Assembly: GCA_964576335.1 (NCBI GenBank)
Contig: CAZNVA010000003.1
Coordinates: 1 to 32,953, forward strand
Source: an uncultured Thermotogae bacterium
GTDB taxonomy: Bacteria; Bipolaricaulota; Bipolaricaulia; M55B111
Reading direction: 5' to 3'
Length of the DNA stretch: 32,953 nucleotides
The notes under the pieces are model-generated. The model was not told the origin of the DNA. It did not search any database and saw only the letters and a program-made list of their open reading frames with translations. Positions within the stretch are counted from its first letter, which is position 1. Each line of letters opens with the position of its first letter. Of this stretch, positions 1 to 9,731 are shown piece after piece. A program made the position numbers and the translations under genes.

Positions 1-13
1 CGGCCTCTGCCAT
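1..13 (-). CDS. Possible 5' end of an unidentified gene running off the left edge
   Basis: ATG at 13..11 (- strand), preceded 8 nt upstream by AGGAG (complement of 22..26). Only 4 codons (MAEA) are visible, so the product is unknown. Confidence 0.25.
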
Positions 14-59
14 AAGCTTTGCTCCTATCAGTAGGAGGAGACAGGATTTCTAAAAACAA

Positions 60-587
60 CTAAACTTGTGGATCAATCAACCCGTATTGACCGTCGTCCC
101 GATGGTAAATGATGTTTAATTTATCGTTACGAGAATTTTGAAAAACCAGGAATTCCTGTTTATAAGAGTCGAGCTGCATCGCGGCCTCATCCGGTGCCAT
201 CGGTTTTTTGACGTAGAGATCGGTTTTGATTATTTCTCTCTCGTTATCGTCTTCGGATTCGACCTCTTCCCCCTCTTTCGGGTCTATTTCTCCCCTGTGC
301 TTGTCCTTTAGTTTTTCGTTGTATTTTTTTAGCTGCCTTTCCACCTTGTCCATCGCACTATCTATTGAGACGTACATGTCGTCGGACTCGGCGGACGCTT
401 TGACTACTTTTTTATTGATCAAGTGAGCAAATACGGTAACGGACCTCCTCTCCTTTTCGACGTCCATCGTGATCTCCACGCTTATGATGCCGTCAAAGAA
501 TCTCTGCAGGTCCTCCGCCTTGGTAATTGCGTAATCCCTCAAGGGGTCGCTTTGCTCCATATGTCTTTCTTCTATTCTTACTTTCAT
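60..587 (-). CDS. hpf: Ribosome hibernation promoting factor, long form (HPF/RaiA family)
   Basis: N-terminal S30AE/RaiA-like region (RDYAITKAEDL..VEITMDVEKERRSVTVFAH..MYVSIDSAMDKVERQLKKY). Acidic linker, then a C-terminal dimerisation domain (FLVFQNSRNDKLNIIYHRDDGQYGLI). ATG at 587 follows AGGTGA; GTG at 596 is the ORF-track alternative. Confidence 0.9.
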   Translation of the reverse strand: MKVRIEERHMEQSDPLRDYAITKAEDLQRFFDGIISVEITMDVEKERRSVTVFAHLINKKVVKASAESDDMYVSIDSAMDKVERQLKKYNEKLKDKHRGEIDPKEGEEVESEDDNEREIIKTDLYVKKPMAPDEAAMQLDSYKQEFLVFQNSRNDKLNIIYHRDDGQYGLIDPQV

Positions 588-668
588 TTGACTCACCTAC
601 GGTAAAATTATAGTAACTCATCAAATTTGCTAATTCAAAACAGCAGGGAACTAACTTCTGAATTGATT

Positions 669-1415
669 CTAAAGGTAGTCCCCACTCATCAAATCATTTG
701 GGATCAGAGCCCGGTCAAAATGGTACCTGCCAAACCTGCCAAGCAGGGTAAAGCTCCTTTTTAGCTCTCTTTCCGAAACCTTCAACCGCCTCACCTGGTC
801 CTGCGGCAGGGAACGAAGCCGCAAAAGTTTTTTTCTCAAACCCCCCGATATCTCCAGACCCTGATTACCTCCGTCTTCGGAACAAACCACGCCCCCGCTC
901 TCGGGGGAAAACCGACTGGAACTTTCACCTTCCAGCGGTTTACCACACTCGACACACCTCTTTAGTTCGGGGCCGTACCCCATCAGCCGGAATAGCTTCA
1001 GGTAAAAGCCCAGCTCCAGCACCCTTACCTTTTTTTGATCAGAGTTGAGAGCAACAAGGGTGGTCCGGAAAAGGTCGAAAACGGCCCTTTCCACACCGCC
1101 TTCTTCTATCGTTTTATCTATGGTGCGAGCACTTCGCAGACCGGCATTGATGGCCTCGGGGTCAGTCCTCAGACCTTCCCAGGGGTTAACCAGTTCGGCC
1201 TCGCTGAAAAAATTCAGCCCCGAACCCTGGTAGTAAACGACTTCGGAATAGTTTAACAGGTCAAAGACCCCGCCAAATTTGCTCTCGGCCTTGCGAGCCC
1301 CTTTAGCTATGCCGGCAAACTTTCCCGTTTCCCGACCAAATAGAGTTACTATGTAGTCGCTATCCTTGAAATCTATTTTCTTGAGCACCAGGGCCCTGAC
1401 CCTCTCTATTGCCAT
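669..1415 (-). CDS. recO: DNA repair protein RecO
   Basis: 248 aa. N-terminal OB-fold signature (VRALVLKKIDFKDSDYIVTLFGRETGKF), a C-terminal Cys cluster (CVECGKP..VVCSEDG), and the conserved position downstream of era. Confidence 0.9.
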   Translation of the reverse strand: MAIERVRALVLKKIDFKDSDYIVTLFGRETGKFAGIAKGARKAESKFGGVFDLLNYSEVVYYQGSGLNFFSEAELVNPWEGLRTDPEAINAGLRSARTIDKTIEEGGVERAVFDLFRTTLVALNSDQKKVRVLELGFYLKLFRLMGYGPELKRCVECGKPLEGESSSRFSPESGGVVCSEDGGNQGLEISGGLRKKLLRLRSLPQDQVRRLKVSERELKRSFTLLGRFGRYHFDRALIPNDLMSGDYL

Positions 1416-1436
1416 GCCTAACCGGCCAAACCTTGT

Positions 1437-2111
1437 TTAACCTTCGGGAGCCCCTTCGACTATCTTGACGCCGCTACTTGCACCGATCCGGGTCGCACCG
1501 GCATCGAGCATCTCAATCGCGGTTTCGTAGTCGCCAATTCCGCCTGCTGCTTTTACACCCATACCGTCCGATACTACCTGTCTCATCAACTTGACGTCCT
1601 CTATCGTCGCCCCACCTGAACCGAAACCGGTGGAAGTCTTGACGAAATCGGCGCCGCTTGCTTCGGCTATGATACAGCCGGCTCGTTTCTCGGGGTCTTC
1701 CAGCTCCGAGGTCTCAAGAATGACCTTTACCACTATATCTCGCGTGCTTTTCTCGGCGACGTCCGTCACGGCCATGATGTCCCTGGCAACCAGTTCGTAG
1801 TTCCCCTCCTTTAAAGCGGGAATATTTGCCACCATGTCCAGCTCGTCGGCCCCGTCCTCCAAGGCTACCTGAGCTTCAAAACCCTTTACTCCCTTCTTAT
1901 GAGTGCCGTGAGGAAAACCAACTACGGTATCGATAAGAACTTCGCTCCCCTCCAGAAGTTCAGAAGCTATGGGGACATATATCGGTTCAACGCAGACGGA
2001 GGCGAATCCATACTCATTCGCCTCACTGCACACGCGCCGGACGTCCTCCTCGGTGGACGTAGCACCAAGGGTGGTATGGTCGATCTTTTTTGCCAGCCTG
2101 GAACCTTCCAT
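1437..2111 (-). CDS. deoC: Deoxyribose-phosphate aldolase
   Basis: KIDHTTL, ASVCVEP, ELDMV, Schiff-base region FVKTSTGF, and VKAAGGI. ATG at 2111 directly follows AAGGAGGT; the TTG at 2132 in the ORF track is probably upstream of the true start. Confidence 0.92.
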   Translation of the reverse strand: MEGSRLAKKIDHTTLGATSTEEDVRRVCSEANEYGFASVCVEPIYVPIASELLEGSEVLIDTVVGFPHGTHKKGVKGFEAQVALEDGADELDMVANIPALKEGNYELVARDIMAVTDVAEKSTRDIVVKVILETSELEDPEKRAGCIIAEASGADFVKTSTGFGSGGATIEDVKLMRQVVSDGMGVKAAGGIGDYETAIEMLDAGATRIGASSGVKIVEGAPEG

Positions 2112-2143
2112 TTTACCTCCTTTTTTTAACAAAAACTATAGGC

Positions 2144-3043
2144 TCAATCGCCCTCGGAACCCGTCAGAGATTCAACGGAATCCTCATTCCTGTTCCAATT
2201 CTTCGCTACCTTTACCTTCAGGTCGAGATAAACCTTATTCCCGAGTAACCTCTCCAGGTCCTGTCTGGCCCTTTTACCAATCTGTTTTATCTTTTCGCCG
2301 TTCTGACCGATTATGATCCCCTTCTGCGACCGCCTGACGACGAATATATCAACGTAAATCTCGGTCAGATCTTCGTCGTCCCTTTCCTCGAAGGACTTGG
2401 TCCGCGTTTCCACGGAATAGGGCAGCTCTTCATAGGTAAGTTCGTAAACCTTCTCCCGGACGATTTCCGACATCAGAAAGCTAAGTGGTTTGTCGGTGGT
2501 AGTGTCCTCCGGAAACAGCTTTCTCCCTTCCGGCAAATAGCTCACGATTTCGTCCAGGGCTATATCCACCCCATCTCCCGTCAGGGCGGAAATTGGGACG
2601 TACTCAGCAAAAACGTCCTCTTTTTCGTAAGCTTCAAGCGTCTCAGCAACCTCGGCCGGAGAGTAGATATCGACTTTGTTGACCAGCAGTATCGCCCTTT
2701 CCTCCTGACCGGCTATCTTCTTCAAATAAGGTTTTTCGTCCCCGGGAACCTCACCCCAGGGTTCAACCATGTAGAGCAGGAGATCCGATCCTTTTATCCC
2801 CTTCCTGGCCTCGTCGACAAGATAATCACCCAGCGAATTCTCGGGCTTATGGACTCCGGGGGTATCGAGAAATACCACCTGGGCATCCTCTCTGTCGTAA
2901 ATACATTTGATGCGATTTCTCGTAGTTTGAGGCTTATCGGAAGTAATGGAGACCTTCTCTCCGATCACTCGATTGATAAGCGTAGACTTCCCTACGTTCG
3001 ACTTTCCCAGTAAATGGACAAAACCTGATTTCAAAGTAATCAA
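2144..3043 (-). CDS. era: GTPase Era
   Basis: G1 GKSNVGKST, G3 DTPG, G4 NKVD, and a C-terminal KH domain (VVRRSQKGIIIGQNGEKIKQIG). TTG start at 3043; the in-frame TTG at 3034 is an alternative. Confidence 0.95.
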   Translation of the reverse strand: MITLKSGFVHLLGKSNVGKSTLINRVIGEKVSITSDKPQTTRNRIKCIYDREDAQVVFLDTPGVHKPENSLGDYLVDEARKGIKGSDLLLYMVEPWGEVPGDEKPYLKKIAGQEERAILLVNKVDIYSPAEVAETLEAYEKEDVFAEYVPISALTGDGVDIALDEIVSYLPEGRKLFPEDTTTDKPLSFLMSEIVREKVYELTYEELPYSVETRTKSFEERDDEDLTEIYVDIFVVRRSQKGIIIGQNGEKIKQIGKRARQDLERLLGNKVYLDLKVKVAKNWNRNEDSVESLTGSEGD

Positions 3044-3108
3044 CTACCTCCATTTTTATTATAGTTAAGGTCGAAGCCATCTTCCAGCTCTCCAGTTGCA
3101 GGGGGCTC

Positions 3109-3137
3109 TTGTCGTGTAATTATTCGCCGGGTATAAT
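3109..3137 (+). promoter_or_regulatory. Putative sigma70-type promoter of ispE-cmk-plsC
   Basis: TTGTCG (3109-3114), 17-nt spacer, TATAAT (3132-3137), about 55 nt upstream of the ispE start. Sequence pattern only. Confidence 0.4.
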
Positions 3138-3193
3138 GGTTTTTACGAATAAAGAATTGAGAGAACCAGGGTAGTACCCAGGAGCAATCAACA

Positions 3194-4087
3194 TTGAAGT
3201 TATTTGCCAAGTCCTTTGCAAAAGTCAACCCCTATTTAAAAATTACGGGTCTGGAGGAAAACGGGTACCACGAACTGGAGCTCAGCTATTTAAGCGTAAA
3301 CCTTGCAGACAGGCTCGAACTGGAGAGGGCACGGAAAGGAACTGTAAGAATTGCGACGGACGCTGAAATTCCGCGTGAGGACAACCTCTGTTTCAAGGTG
3401 GCCAAAAGTCTGCAAGAAACCTGTGATCCGGACGCTGGAGTAAAGATTACGCTGAACAAAGGTATCCCCATTGGAGGAGGGCTGGGAGGCGGAAGCTCGG
3501 ATGCGGCTACCACCCTGATTGGGTTAAACCGTCTCTGGAACTGTGACCTGACTCGGGAGCAACTCGTGGAAATCGGGGGCGAATTTGGCGCCGATATCCC
3601 CTTCTTTTTTTACGGAGGATACTGTGTCGGGCGGGGGAGGGGAAACGAGGTCCAACCGCTAGTTAACCCATACAGCGATAGGCTAGTTCCAATCATTACA
3701 CCGTCCTTTTCCCAGCTGACCGGAGAGGTCTATGCCAAATACGACGAGCTGGTAGGTCAAACCGGCAACAACTCCGGAATCACGAAAATGAACCCGGCGA
3801 CCGACGTAAGAGAAAGAAGGGTCAGAAACGATCTTCAGGAACCGGCCATCCGATTAAACCCTGACCTGGATAAGTATCTCGACCTCCTTGAACGGATAAC
3901 CGCAATCGAGACCTTTGGGGTCTCCGGCAGCGGTAGTTCTGTCTTTGGCGTCACGAAACCCGGAATCCGCCGAAAGCAGTTAAGGGCTGAAATCAAAAAA
4001 GGACTTGAAGGCCTAACCGGGAACCAGCAGCTGGAAATAACCCGACCGACCGAAAGTGGCCAGATCATTACAGAGGGTGAGTTATAA
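3194..4087 (+). CDS. ispE: 4-diphosphocytidyl-2-C-methyl-D-erythritol kinase (MEP pathway)
   Basis: GHMP-kinase motif PIGGGLGGGSSDAA and N-terminal KVNPYLKITG..GYHELE. TTG start follows AGGAG; the stop overlaps the cmk start (TAATG). Confidence 0.92.
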   Translation: MKLFAKSFAKVNPYLKITGLEENGYHELELSYLSVNLADRLELERARKGTVRIATDAEIPREDNLCFKVAKSLQETCDPDAGVKITLNKGIPIGGGLGGGSSDAATTLIGLNRLWNCDLTREQLVEIGGEFGADIPFFFYGGYCVGRGRGNEVQPLVNPYSDRLVPIITPSFSQLTGEVYAKYDELVGQTGNNSGITKMNPATDVRERRVRNDLQEPAIRLNPDLDKYLDLLERITAIETFGVSGSGSSVFGVTKPGIRRKQLRAEIKKGLEGLTGNQQLEITRPTESGQIITEGEL

Positions 4088-4707
4088 TGCAGGTAACGAT
4101 CGACGGGCCGGCGGGAGTCGGAAAGACGAGCGTCGGAAGAACCGTCGCCGAGGAGTTCTCACTCGTCTTTATCCAGTCCGGGCAACTTTACCGGGCGGTT
4201 GCGTACGGAAAAATCAACTCCCTCGACTACGAGAACTTGTCCCTCGAAAAGGGAGAGGGAGTAGAAGCGGTGCCTTTACTGGAAGGAAAACGGCTCACGG
4301 GCGAACTCCAGTCGGAAGAAATAGGGGAAGAAGCTTCAAAGCTGGCAAAGAAACCGGCGGTAAGGGACCTGGTCAACGAAATAATTTTGGAAATCGCCCG
4401 GGGAGAGAACGTCCTCGTGGAGGGGCGAGATATTGGAACCGAGGTGCTTCCCGGAGCGAGGGTAAAGGTCTTTCTTACTGCATCCGCCCATGAACGAGCA
4501 AAGAGGAGAAAAAAACAGCTTGATTCCGATCGAGAGCTTGAAGAGATTGAAGCGGGTATAACCCGGCGGGATGATCGTGACCAGACTAGGGAATTTGCTC
4601 CCCTGCGACCAGCGGACGACGCGGAAGTAATCGACACGACGGATCTTTCCCGGAAGGAGGTCGTGGACCGTGTTGCCCGAATGATTGAACGTGCCCGGGA
4701 AGGTTAA
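4087..4707 (+). CDS. cmk: Cytidylate kinase
   Basis: P-loop IDGPAGVGKTS, GRDIGTEVLP, and RRDDRD..REFAPL. Translationally coupled to ispE. Confidence 0.92.
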   Translation: MQVTIDGPAGVGKTSVGRTVAEEFSLVFIQSGQLYRAVAYGKINSLDYENLSLEKGEGVEAVPLLEGKRLTGELQSEEIGEEASKLAKKPAVRDLVNEIILEIARGENVLVEGRDIGTEVLPGARVKVFLTASAHERAKRRKKQLDSDRELEEIEAGITRRDDRDQTREFAPLRPADDAEVIDTTDLSRKEVVDRVARMIERAREG

Positions 4708-4724
4708 ACGCTTCAAATCAAGCT

Positions 4725-5375
4725 ATGAAAGAAAGGATAAAAGAATTCATACATAGACTGGTTTACGTATTTATATTGCTGGTGGTTTTTCTCGCGGTAA
4801 AGATCTTCTTCAAACTGGAGGTCGAGGGCAAGTCAAATATACCGGAGGAAACCGACGATGTTCTAATTACTTCTTCTCACACCAGTTACTGGGATCCTCC
4901 CCTGATCGGCCTTATTTTCGGCCCGATCCGCCAGGTTCACTTTATCGCCAGGAAGGGGTTATTGAGCAATCCGGTATTTCGTCTTCCGGTCAAGTGGTAT
5001 TCCACTACCATAAACAGGGACAACTTTGGCAAAGAAGACCTGAAGAAAATGCTAATCGCTTTCAGAAAAAAAGGGCTTCTCTGTATTTTCCCCGAAGGCA
5101 CTACTTCCGAGGGGTCGCCACCGAAAAGCGGTACAGTCAGACTGGCCGAAAAAACCAACAGAATATTCTTGCCGGTCAAAATAGAAGTCAAAAGGAGCCC
5201 CCTGGAATACCCCTTCTTCTCTACACCGGCCAGGCTAGTAATTGGAAGGCCGCTGGAACTTCAGGAACTCAAGCACGCAGCCCGGGAATCAAACCGGGTA
5301 AAGCAGGGTAAGGACGAGGAGCCGGGTTACCAGGATTTAACACTTGCCTTGATGGAAAAGATTAACGAACTCTGA
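4725..5375 (+). CDS. plsC: 1-acyl-sn-glycerol-3-phosphate acyltransferase
   Basis: N-terminal TM helix, HX4D motif (HTSYWD) and a FPEGTTS motif. Confidence 0.85.
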   Translation: MKERIKEFIHRLVYVFILLVVFLAVKIFFKLEVEGKSNIPEETDDVLITSSHTSYWDPPLIGLIFGPIRQVHFIARKGLLSNPVFRLPVKWYSTTINRDNFGKEDLKKMLIAFRKKGLLCIFPEGTTSEGSPPKSGTVRLAEKTNRIFLPVKIEVKRSPLEYPFFSTPARLVIGRPLELQELKHAARESNRVKQGKDEEPGYQDLTLALMEKINEL

Positions 5376-5432
5376 AGACCACCGAAAATTTTGAATGCGT
5401 GCTAGAAAACCAATTTTATCTCATCTTGACTG

Positions 5433-5461
5433 TTGATTCAAAGAGGAAAAAGGGTTATCAT
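5433..5461 (+). promoter_or_regulatory. Putative sigma70-type promoter of rpsA-plsY
   Basis: TTGATT (5433-5438), 17-nt spacer, TATCAT (5456-5461), about 85 nt upstream of the rpsA ATG. Confidence 0.35.
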
Positions 5462-5546
5462 ATTGTAACTTATGGCAAAGTCGGTAGATCAATAAATTTA
5501 AGTCAAGTCGGATTTGTCAAAAACTAAATCAACAGGTGGTCGTTTG

Positions 5547-7217
5547 ATGGAAGAAAAAATCAAGATGGAAGAAGCATTTGACGAAACTGATGTTAGGACT
5601 TACAGCCGGGGCGACACGATAAATGGTAGCGTCGTTCAGGTGGAAGACAAGGATATTCTGGTCGATATAGGCTACAAGTCCGAGGGTATTCTCCCGAAGA
5701 CTGAACTTTCACCTTTCCGGGAAAGAGAAGAAATCGAACCGGGAGAAGAGGTCGAGGTCCTCGTTACGTACATAGACGAGGAAAAAGGCACGGTTTACGT
5801 GTCTGAAAAACAGGCCGCTTACGAAAGGAAAATCGGTGAACTGGAAGAAGCCTTTAAAAACGACGAAACTATAACCGGTACGATAACCGAAGAAGTAAAG
5901 AGCGCCGGTTACCACGTAAACGTGGATGGCATCCAGGCTTTCCTTCCGGGCTCCCATCTCGGTTCGGACATGCCGAGCGTTATTTCCGAACTCAAAGGGG
6001 AGGAGCTCAAGTTCAAAATTCTTGAATTGAGCCGAAAGAACCGGAATATCGTCGTATCTCGTCGGGAATACCTGAGCGAAGAAAGGGAAAAACAGATAGA
6101 CGAAATATTCGACGAACTGGAAGTCGGAGATACCGTCGAAGGCGAAATAAAGTCCAAAGTGGACTTTGGTCTCTTTGTGGACATCGGAGGTTTTGAAGGT
6201 CTCGTACACCGATCCGAAATTAGCTGGAAGGACCTGCCCGCCCCTCCGGACGAGTACGAAGAAGGGGACACGGTCGAGGTTAAAGTCATTGACATGGATC
6301 GGGACGAGGAAAAGATATCGCTTTCGATAAAACGCCTGACACCGAACCCCTGGGAGGGCGTAGCTGAACGTTACCCCGTCGGAAAGACGGTTGAAGGAGA
6401 AGTCGTTTCAATTACTGACTTCGGTGCCTTTGTCGAACTGGAAGAGGACGTCGAAGGACTCATCCACATTTCCGAACTTTCCTGGGGTTACCCAGAAGAC
6501 CCGCACGAGGTCATAGAGGTTGGAGAAACCGTTAAAGCCGAAGTTCTGGAAGTAGATGAAGAGGAACAGCGGATAAGCCTTTCCGCCAGAAAAGCGCAAA
6601 AAGACCCCTGGGAAAAGATCGAGGAAGAATACGAACCCGGTACTGAGGTCAGCGGCAAGGTAACAAAGGTGACGGACTTTGGCGCGTTCGTCCAGCTTGA
6701 GGAAGGCGTCGAAGGTCTGGTACATGTCTCCGAACTTTCCTGGGACCACGTAAACCACCCGAGCGACATGTTATCCGAGGGTGACAAGGTAAATACGCAG
6801 GTACTGGAAGTTGACAAAGGGGATAGAAGGATCAGCCTGAGCATCAAACAGGCTCAGAAGGACCCGTGGCACGAATTCCAGGACCTCTACTCCGTGGGAT
6901 CAAAAGTCAAGGGAGAGATATCGGAGATCAAGGAGTTTGGAGCCTTCATCAAGATTACCAGCGACGTGGAAGGACTAATTCACGTCTCGGAACTCTCCAA
7001 GGACAAGGTTTCTGACCCCGAGGACGTCGTAGAAGTCGGAGAAGAGGTAGAAGCAAAGATAATAGGAATAAACGACGAGAAACGACAGGTCCGCCTCTCG
7101 ATAAGAATCCTGGAAGAAGAAGAATCCGGAGAATCTCAGGAAAGCGATTCCGAGGACGAAGGCAGCGGTCACGAGACGATATCGATGCGGGAGCACCTGG
7201 AAGACAAGGGCTTTTAA
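5547..7217 (+). CDS. rpsA: 30S ribosomal protein S1 (six S1/OB repeats, acidic C-terminal tail)
   Basis: Six tandem repeats with G.V..V..FG.FV....EGL.H.SE. ATG at 5547 lies 7 nt after AGGTGG; the ORF-track TTG at 5514 lacks an SD. Confidence 0.95.
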   Translation: MEEKIKMEEAFDETDVRTYSRGDTINGSVVQVEDKDILVDIGYKSEGILPKTELSPFREREEIEPGEEVEVLVTYIDEEKGTVYVSEKQAAYERKIGELEEAFKNDETITGTITEEVKSAGYHVNVDGIQAFLPGSHLGSDMPSVISELKGEELKFKILELSRKNRNIVVSRREYLSEEREKQIDEIFDELEVGDTVEGEIKSKVDFGLFVDIGGFEGLVHRSEISWKDLPAPPDEYEEGDTVEVKVIDMDRDEEKISLSIKRLTPNPWEGVAERYPVGKTVEGEVVSITDFGAFVELEEDVEGLIHISELSWGYPEDPHEVIEVGETVKAEVLEVDEEEQRISLSARKAQKDPWEKIEEEYEPGTEVSGKVTKVTDFGAFVQLEEGVEGLVHVSELSWDHVNHPSDMLSEGDKVNTQVLEVDKGDRRISLSIKQAQKDPWHEFQDLYSVGSKVKGEISEIKEFGAFIKITSDVEGLIHVSELSKDKVSDPEDVVEVGEEVEAKIIGINDEKRQVRLSIRILEEEESGESQESDSEDEGSGHETISMREHLEDKGF

Positions 7218-7224
7218 ACCCTGA

Positions 7225-7806
7225 ATGTCCGGTACATTACCTTTACTCCCATTAATTGCCCTGGCATCCTATCTGATAGGTGCTATACCTTTCAGTTACG
7301 TTATCCCGAGGGTAATCCTGGGAACGGACATTAGACAGCATGGCTCCGGCAACCCCGGAGCCTCAAATGTCTCGCGGGTTTGCGGGAAGGGTTACGGTGG
7401 GCTTGCTCTCCTTCTGGACGTGGGAAAGGGAACTCTGGCAGCTCTTCTCGCTCAACAAACCGGTGTACCACTGGTACTGGGCCTTTTTGCAGTTCTTGGT
7501 CATATTTTCAACCCATTTCTCCGTTTTTCCGGAGGAAAAGGAGTGGCGACCTCCCTGGGAGTCATCAGTTTTATTTCCTGGCCGGCCGGTCTGGTATTTG
7601 TTATTATCTGGATTATCCTTTTTTCACTACGGAACATAGCGGGACTCAGTTCTCTGGCGGGCATTTCCTCCGTCCCGATAGTCTTTTACTTCACCGGTAT
7701 AAGAGGTATCTTGCTCTGGGCAAGTATCGGGCTGGTTGGACTAATTTACTTTACGCACCGCGGGAATATTGTCAGGCTAATCAAGGGCGAGGAACGGAAG
7801 GTCTAA
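7225..7806 (+). CDS. plsY: Glycerol-3-phosphate acyltransferase PlsY
   Basis: GSGNPGASNV motif, multiple TM helices, and FSGGKGVAT. Confidence 0.92.
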   Translation: MSGTLPLLPLIALASYLIGAIPFSYVIPRVILGTDIRQHGSGNPGASNVSRVCGKGYGGLALLLDVGKGTLAALLAQQTGVPLVLGLFAVLGHIFNPFLRFSGGKGVATSLGVISFISWPAGLVFVIIWIILFSLRNIAGLSSLAGISSVPIVFYFTGIRGILLWASIGLVGLIYFTHRGNIVRLIKGEERKV

Positions 7807-8180
7807 AACTCCGAGTTAGCGGAACTACTCTCGGAGATTATCAACATTGCCAGGGCATAAGAACTCTCGTGGGTTATGGAAAGATTTACCCGCCCCGGAA
7901 CGGTTTGGGAATCCGAAACAAGCCTTAGCGCCGGTTCCCCGTTTTCCCGAGAAATAACTTCGATATCCCCCAGCGGTAATTTCTCGTCCGAGGCCTTGAT
8001 GAAGGATTCCTTGGCAGCAAACCTGCCGGCCAGATGTTCGTACTTCCTCTTCTTTGGAAGGCAGTATTCAAGTTCTTTTTCAGTATATACTCTGGATAAA
8101 AACTTCTCTCCCCATTTCTCAACCATTTGCTCGATCCTTTCAACTGCAACCAGGTCCACACCTATTCCCCGAATAGCCAT
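7803..8180 (-). CDS. acpS: Holo-[acyl-carrier-protein] synthase
   Basis: MAIRGIGVDLVAVERI.. N-terminus typical of AcpS, length 125 aa. The ORF-track extension to 8279 overlaps the gmk 3' end and is unlikely to be translated. Confidence 0.88.
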   Translation of the reverse strand: MAIRGIGVDLVAVERIEQMVEKWGEKFLSRVYTEKELEYCLPKKRKYEHLAGRFAAKESFIKASDEKLPLGDIEVISRENGEPALRLVSDSQTVPGRVNLSITHESSYALAMLIISESSSANSEF

Positions 8181-8193
8181 CCGATCTCTCCTC

Positions 8194-8793
8194 TCAAACC
8201 TTAAGCCGTTCCGCCTTGACGACGGATTCGAGGAGGCCAAGCGTCTCGTCCAGGTCCTCGTTGACCACCAGGTAGTCAAATTCCCGTATTCTATTTATCT
8301 CCTCTTCGGCCACTCGCAGCCTTTTTCGGATCGTCTCCGGGCTCTCCGCCCCCCGACCGGTAATTCTCCGCTCCAGTTCCCTCAGCGATGGAGGAGCCAA
8401 AAATATAAATACGGCCTCAAGCTCCGGATCACTTCTTAACTGTTCGGCCCCCTGAACGTCTATATCCAGGAAGGGGTCAAGCCCTTGTTCCCGTATTGCC
8501 GCGACTTCTTTCCTCGAGGTACCGTAGTAATCGCCGTAAATTTCGGCCCACTCCAGGAAGCCATCCCGGTCGCGCAGATCTTCGAACTCGGACTCACCGA
8601 CAAAGTAGTAATCTTCCCCATGGCTTTCATCGGGCCTGGCTTCCCGCGTAGTGTGGGAGATCGAATAAGTTAGCCGGTCATCCTTCTCCAGCAGGCTTTC
8701 CATTAGGGTCGTTTTACCCACGCCGGAAGGGCCGGTAACGACGAAGAAAATACTCTCCCTTCTGTATTCCTCGTAACTTATTCTGTCACCCAT
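8194..8793 (-). CDS. gmk: Guanylate kinase
   Basis: P-loop GPSGVGKTTL, SHTTR, FLEWAEIYGDYYGT. Confidence 0.93.
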   Translation of the reverse strand: MGDRISYEEYRRESIFFVVTGPSGVGKTTLMESLLEKDDRLTYSISHTTREARPDESHGEDYYFVGESEFEDLRDRDGFLEWAEIYGDYYGTSRKEVAAIREQGLDPFLDIDVQGAEQLRSDPELEAVFIFLAPPSLRELERRITGRGAESPETIRKRLRVAEEEINRIREFDYLVVNEDLDETLGLLESVVKAERLKV

Positions 8794-8857
8794 TTAAACC
8801 ACGCAACCCTCCGGGTTTTAGATTTTGAAAAGTATAAGGAAAGCGGTGCCGGCTGGT

Positions 8858-9712
8858 TCAGGCCAGATTCCGCGACTGCTCTTTGAACTTTTCCAGCGCT
8901 AGCTTCATTTCAATTACTTCTGCCTGAATTCCGCCATCCTTGGACTTTGCCCCGAGCGTATTTATCTCCCGCTGAAGCTCCTGGGTGATGAACTTGAGCT
9001 TTTTCCCGATGATTCCACCCTCTTTCAGCGTCTCCCTGGCCGATTCAACGTGGGTTCTTGCCCGGGATATTTCTTCATTGATGTCTACCTTGTCCGCGAA
9101 CTTTGCGACTTCTTTTTCGAGTTCGCGCTTTTCCAGCTCAATGCCCTCGGCCATCAGGTCGTCGATTCTATCGCGGAGGTCGTGTTTGTACTGTCGTACT
9201 ACTTCCGGAACCTCCTCTTCCGCCTGATCCAGCCGGTTATCGATATCATTCAGGTAATCAAACAGGTCCTCTCTGATCGCGTCGCCTTCCCTGGTCTGCG
9301 CCGACAGTACCTCTTCCGTAGCCTGACTCAGGGCCTCTTTTACCGTGGGCCAGGAATTTCGGTACGGAGTTTCCTGCTTGAGCAGGTCAAGTTCTATCAG
9401 CTCCTCCAATCCCGGCCGTTCGCTCAACCCGAGCTCGTCCGCCAGACCGGCCAGGCTATTAAAACTACCCTTGATCGCCTCTAGATCAAGTTCTTCTACC
9501 GAAAGCCCGCTACTTTCTTCAGTTTTAACCTTGACTTCTATTCGGCCGCGGGAAAAGGAATCGCCGACGAAACCTTCGACTTTGTGAGCAATCGCCTGAG
9601 CCTCCTTCAAGCCTCGAACCTTAATCGAAGTCCCGTCGTGGTTAAACGTCCTGATGATTACCTCGACGTCCCTGCCGTCCAGATCGGCTCTCCCTTCCCC
9701 GTAACCCGTCAT
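8858..9712 (-). CDS. yicC: YicC/YloC-family stress-induced protein (putative endoribonuclease)
   Basis: SMTGYG N-terminus and a C-terminal KKLKFITQELQREINTLGAKS (YicC C-terminal domain). Conserved position upstream of gmk. ATG at 9712 avoids an overlap with the upstream gene; GTG at 9751 is the ORF maximum. Confidence 0.85.
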   Translation of the reverse strand: MTGYGEGRADLDGRDVEVIIRTFNHDGTSIKVRGLKEAQAIAHKVEGFVGDSFSRGRIEVKVKTEESSGLSVEELDLEAIKGSFNSLAGLADELGLSERPGLEELIELDLLKQETPYRNSWPTVKEALSQATEEVLSAQTREGDAIREDLFDYLNDIDNRLDQAEEEVPEVVRQYKHDLRDRIDDLMAEGIELEKRELEKEVAKFADKVDINEEISRARTHVESARETLKEGGIIGKKLKFITQELQREINTLGAKSKDGGIQAEVIEMKLALEKFKEQSRNLA

Positions 9713-9731
9713 CGAATGTACGGGGTTGGCC

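Noticed and set aside
3040-3228. 62-aa - strand ORF overlapping the era start
   Set aside because: It occupies the divergent era/ispE promoter region, overlaps the ispE start and the putative TTGTCG-17-TATAAT promoter, and has no SD or recognisable domain.
4056-4493. 145-aa Arg/Gly-rich ORF; the similar 7380-7928 (182 aa) and 7340-7639 were also considered
   Set aside because: These are alternative frames inside cmk and plsY, which have clear motifs. Their composition is typical of off-frame translation.
7803-8279. N-terminally extended (158-aa) version of AcpS
   Set aside because: The extension overlaps the gmk 3' end in another frame and is Arg/Trp/Ser-rich. The internal ATG at 8180 gives the canonical MAIRGIGVD N-terminus and a typical 125-aa length.
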